Below are positions 62,301-64,000 of a DNA stretch of 64,000 bases, one piece after another (position 1 is the stretch's first letter; every line of letters begins with the position of its first letter). The position numbers and the translations under genes are program-made. Below the pieces are notes generated by a model. That model ran no database searches. It was not told the DNA's origin and saw only the letters and a program-made list of their open reading frames with translations. The stretch is from Lama glama (Eukaryota). The stretch is from positions 44,766,001 through 44,830,000 of the forward strand of contig CM052817.1 in NCBI GenBank assembly GCA_028534125.1. The letters are read 5' to 3'.

Positions 62301-64000
62301 CTTGGATTAAGTTAGACAAGACAAGTTGCAAAATTAAAACCTCAAAACCTCAGGTTCCTCACTTTGAAAATGAGGGTAATGAGAACACCTAACTTAGGGT
62401 TGCTGCAAGAATGGCGTAAAATGATGGATGTAAAGCATCTAGCACAATCCCTCCCAAGTGCCTAAATTCGTTACTATTATTTGTATAGGCAACATATTTG
62501 TAGAGCCAACAACCAACATTGGTTATTGTTTCTAGATATTCTTTTCTCATCTAGGAACTAAAGCATGTATAGTAAATCAAGTTCCTTGTAACTCCAAATT
62601 TTGGAGATTCTGTGACATAGGCCTGTGATCTTTGCTTGAGAAAAACTCTGAAGCTCAGAGTATTATGTTTGCCTTTAGACTTGCAAACAGTTTGAACATT
62701 TCTCAGAAATGGGGACACAGAACTGGCCAAAGTCAGAGCTGGCTAATAAGAGATGGGCTGGCAAGGGAAATAGTGAGAGGGCAAGGGGCTGTTCACACTT
62801 TGCTTCCTATTCACAGACCAAGGAAGGACCCTAACGTTAGGTCTCAGGGATGAGATGAACAGTCAGATTCACTTACCTGTTGCCTGGACCTGAGGCTCTG
62901 GGCAAGTACCAACCGGCCTCTTTGGGGAGCCAGAGCAATTTTGGAGCTGTTCTAATGCTACCAGAAATATATTTAACAAAATAACATTGATTGGTGAATA
63001 TGTGTGGTCTTCTTTCTTAAAGTCAAATGAGTAAAATAGCTTCATTGTTGTTTATGTGAAGACAAGCAACTACATGTAATCTTAAAGGACTCCTTGTCTA
63101 TCTGCCTCATCTTCTGAGTTGCCTTTTTTCAGAGTTATGAAGATGTAGTCTTAGATTAAGAAAAAACCATAAGCATCACTTAATTTGTTATTTTATAGTC
63201 AAGAAAACAGACTTTGTCACTTTTAAAATGAATGTGGTAGATATAGAATTATCTTTATAGCTACGTGACACTGGAAATGTAGACAAGTGACTTATCAAAG
63301 ACCAAGTGGAGAGGTTAGGCGGGCAAGCTTCTAATTCACTTTTCCTGTCCTGAGGATGACCAAGTGTCCCATTGCCTGCAGTGTCCTGGTTTATTTACAC
63401 CTGTTTTCCTGGAGTAATTGCTAGCACCTTCTTTCCTTTCAAAAGATTCCTAGTGACAATAAACTCTACCCTCACACACCACATTGTCTTCTACTTCTTG
63501 GCACTAAAGAGGAGCGGTGCTCTCTGAGGAAATGAGGAGAATACTCAGGTTAGCTCAAGAAAGGGAAGATTTTTTTACATTTTTGTGAAGCTAGAAGAGG
63601 AAGCTTGTAGAAACCAAAGGGTGAGGAGCACAGCACAGTGTGGCCTCCTGCGAGAACAGTAGAAACTGGAAAGTCAGCAGGAGCCAAGCACACGCTGTGT
63701 CTCCCACTCCTTCCTCTGCTTTCCCCTCCAGCCAGTATTTCCAGGGGCCCCAGCTGTTTACGCATCTGGGGCTTCCCCAGCCCCAACCCCTAGTCAGCCC
63801 TCAGCTGCTGAGCCTCCTATGAATAGGCTTCATCCCTCAGTTTCTCCTTTCCAGATTCATGGCAGAGTAATGAGATTGGCTCAGTACAAGCAGAAATCAC
63901 AGATGGATAAACAGAGGCTGTATCCTTGCAGGAAGATTCTTCAGCTCCTAAGCCATAGTATCCAGCTCCTCCCTGGCTTTTAGAAATGTGATCTGGTGAT

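Overview
Mammalian genomic DNA, very probably from a camelid, judged from six tRNA-derived Vic-1-type SINEs and lineage-specific L1 3' ends. The window holds the complete coding structure of FAM47E on the minus strand: 8 exons, ATG at 37314, all introns GT-AG and phase-compatible, 392 codons. It also holds the CpG-island promoter and first coding exon of the divergently transcribed lysosomal gene SCARB2/LIMP-2 (ATG 59052). The rest is intronic or intergenic and repeat-rich (young and old L1, L2, MIR, LTRs, MER DNA transposons), with one 500-N gap. The main observations are: an early TAA in FAM47E's last exon, upstream of a still-recognisable Cys-containing tail; an apparently full-length young L1 with a 17-bp TSD whose body lies in the gap; an L1 copy with an atypical 3' end; an RFX X-box at FAM47E; and CLEAR/M-box motifs at SCARB2. 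I see no convincing new multi-gene system. Repeat family names and human comparisons are from recall, not from database searches.
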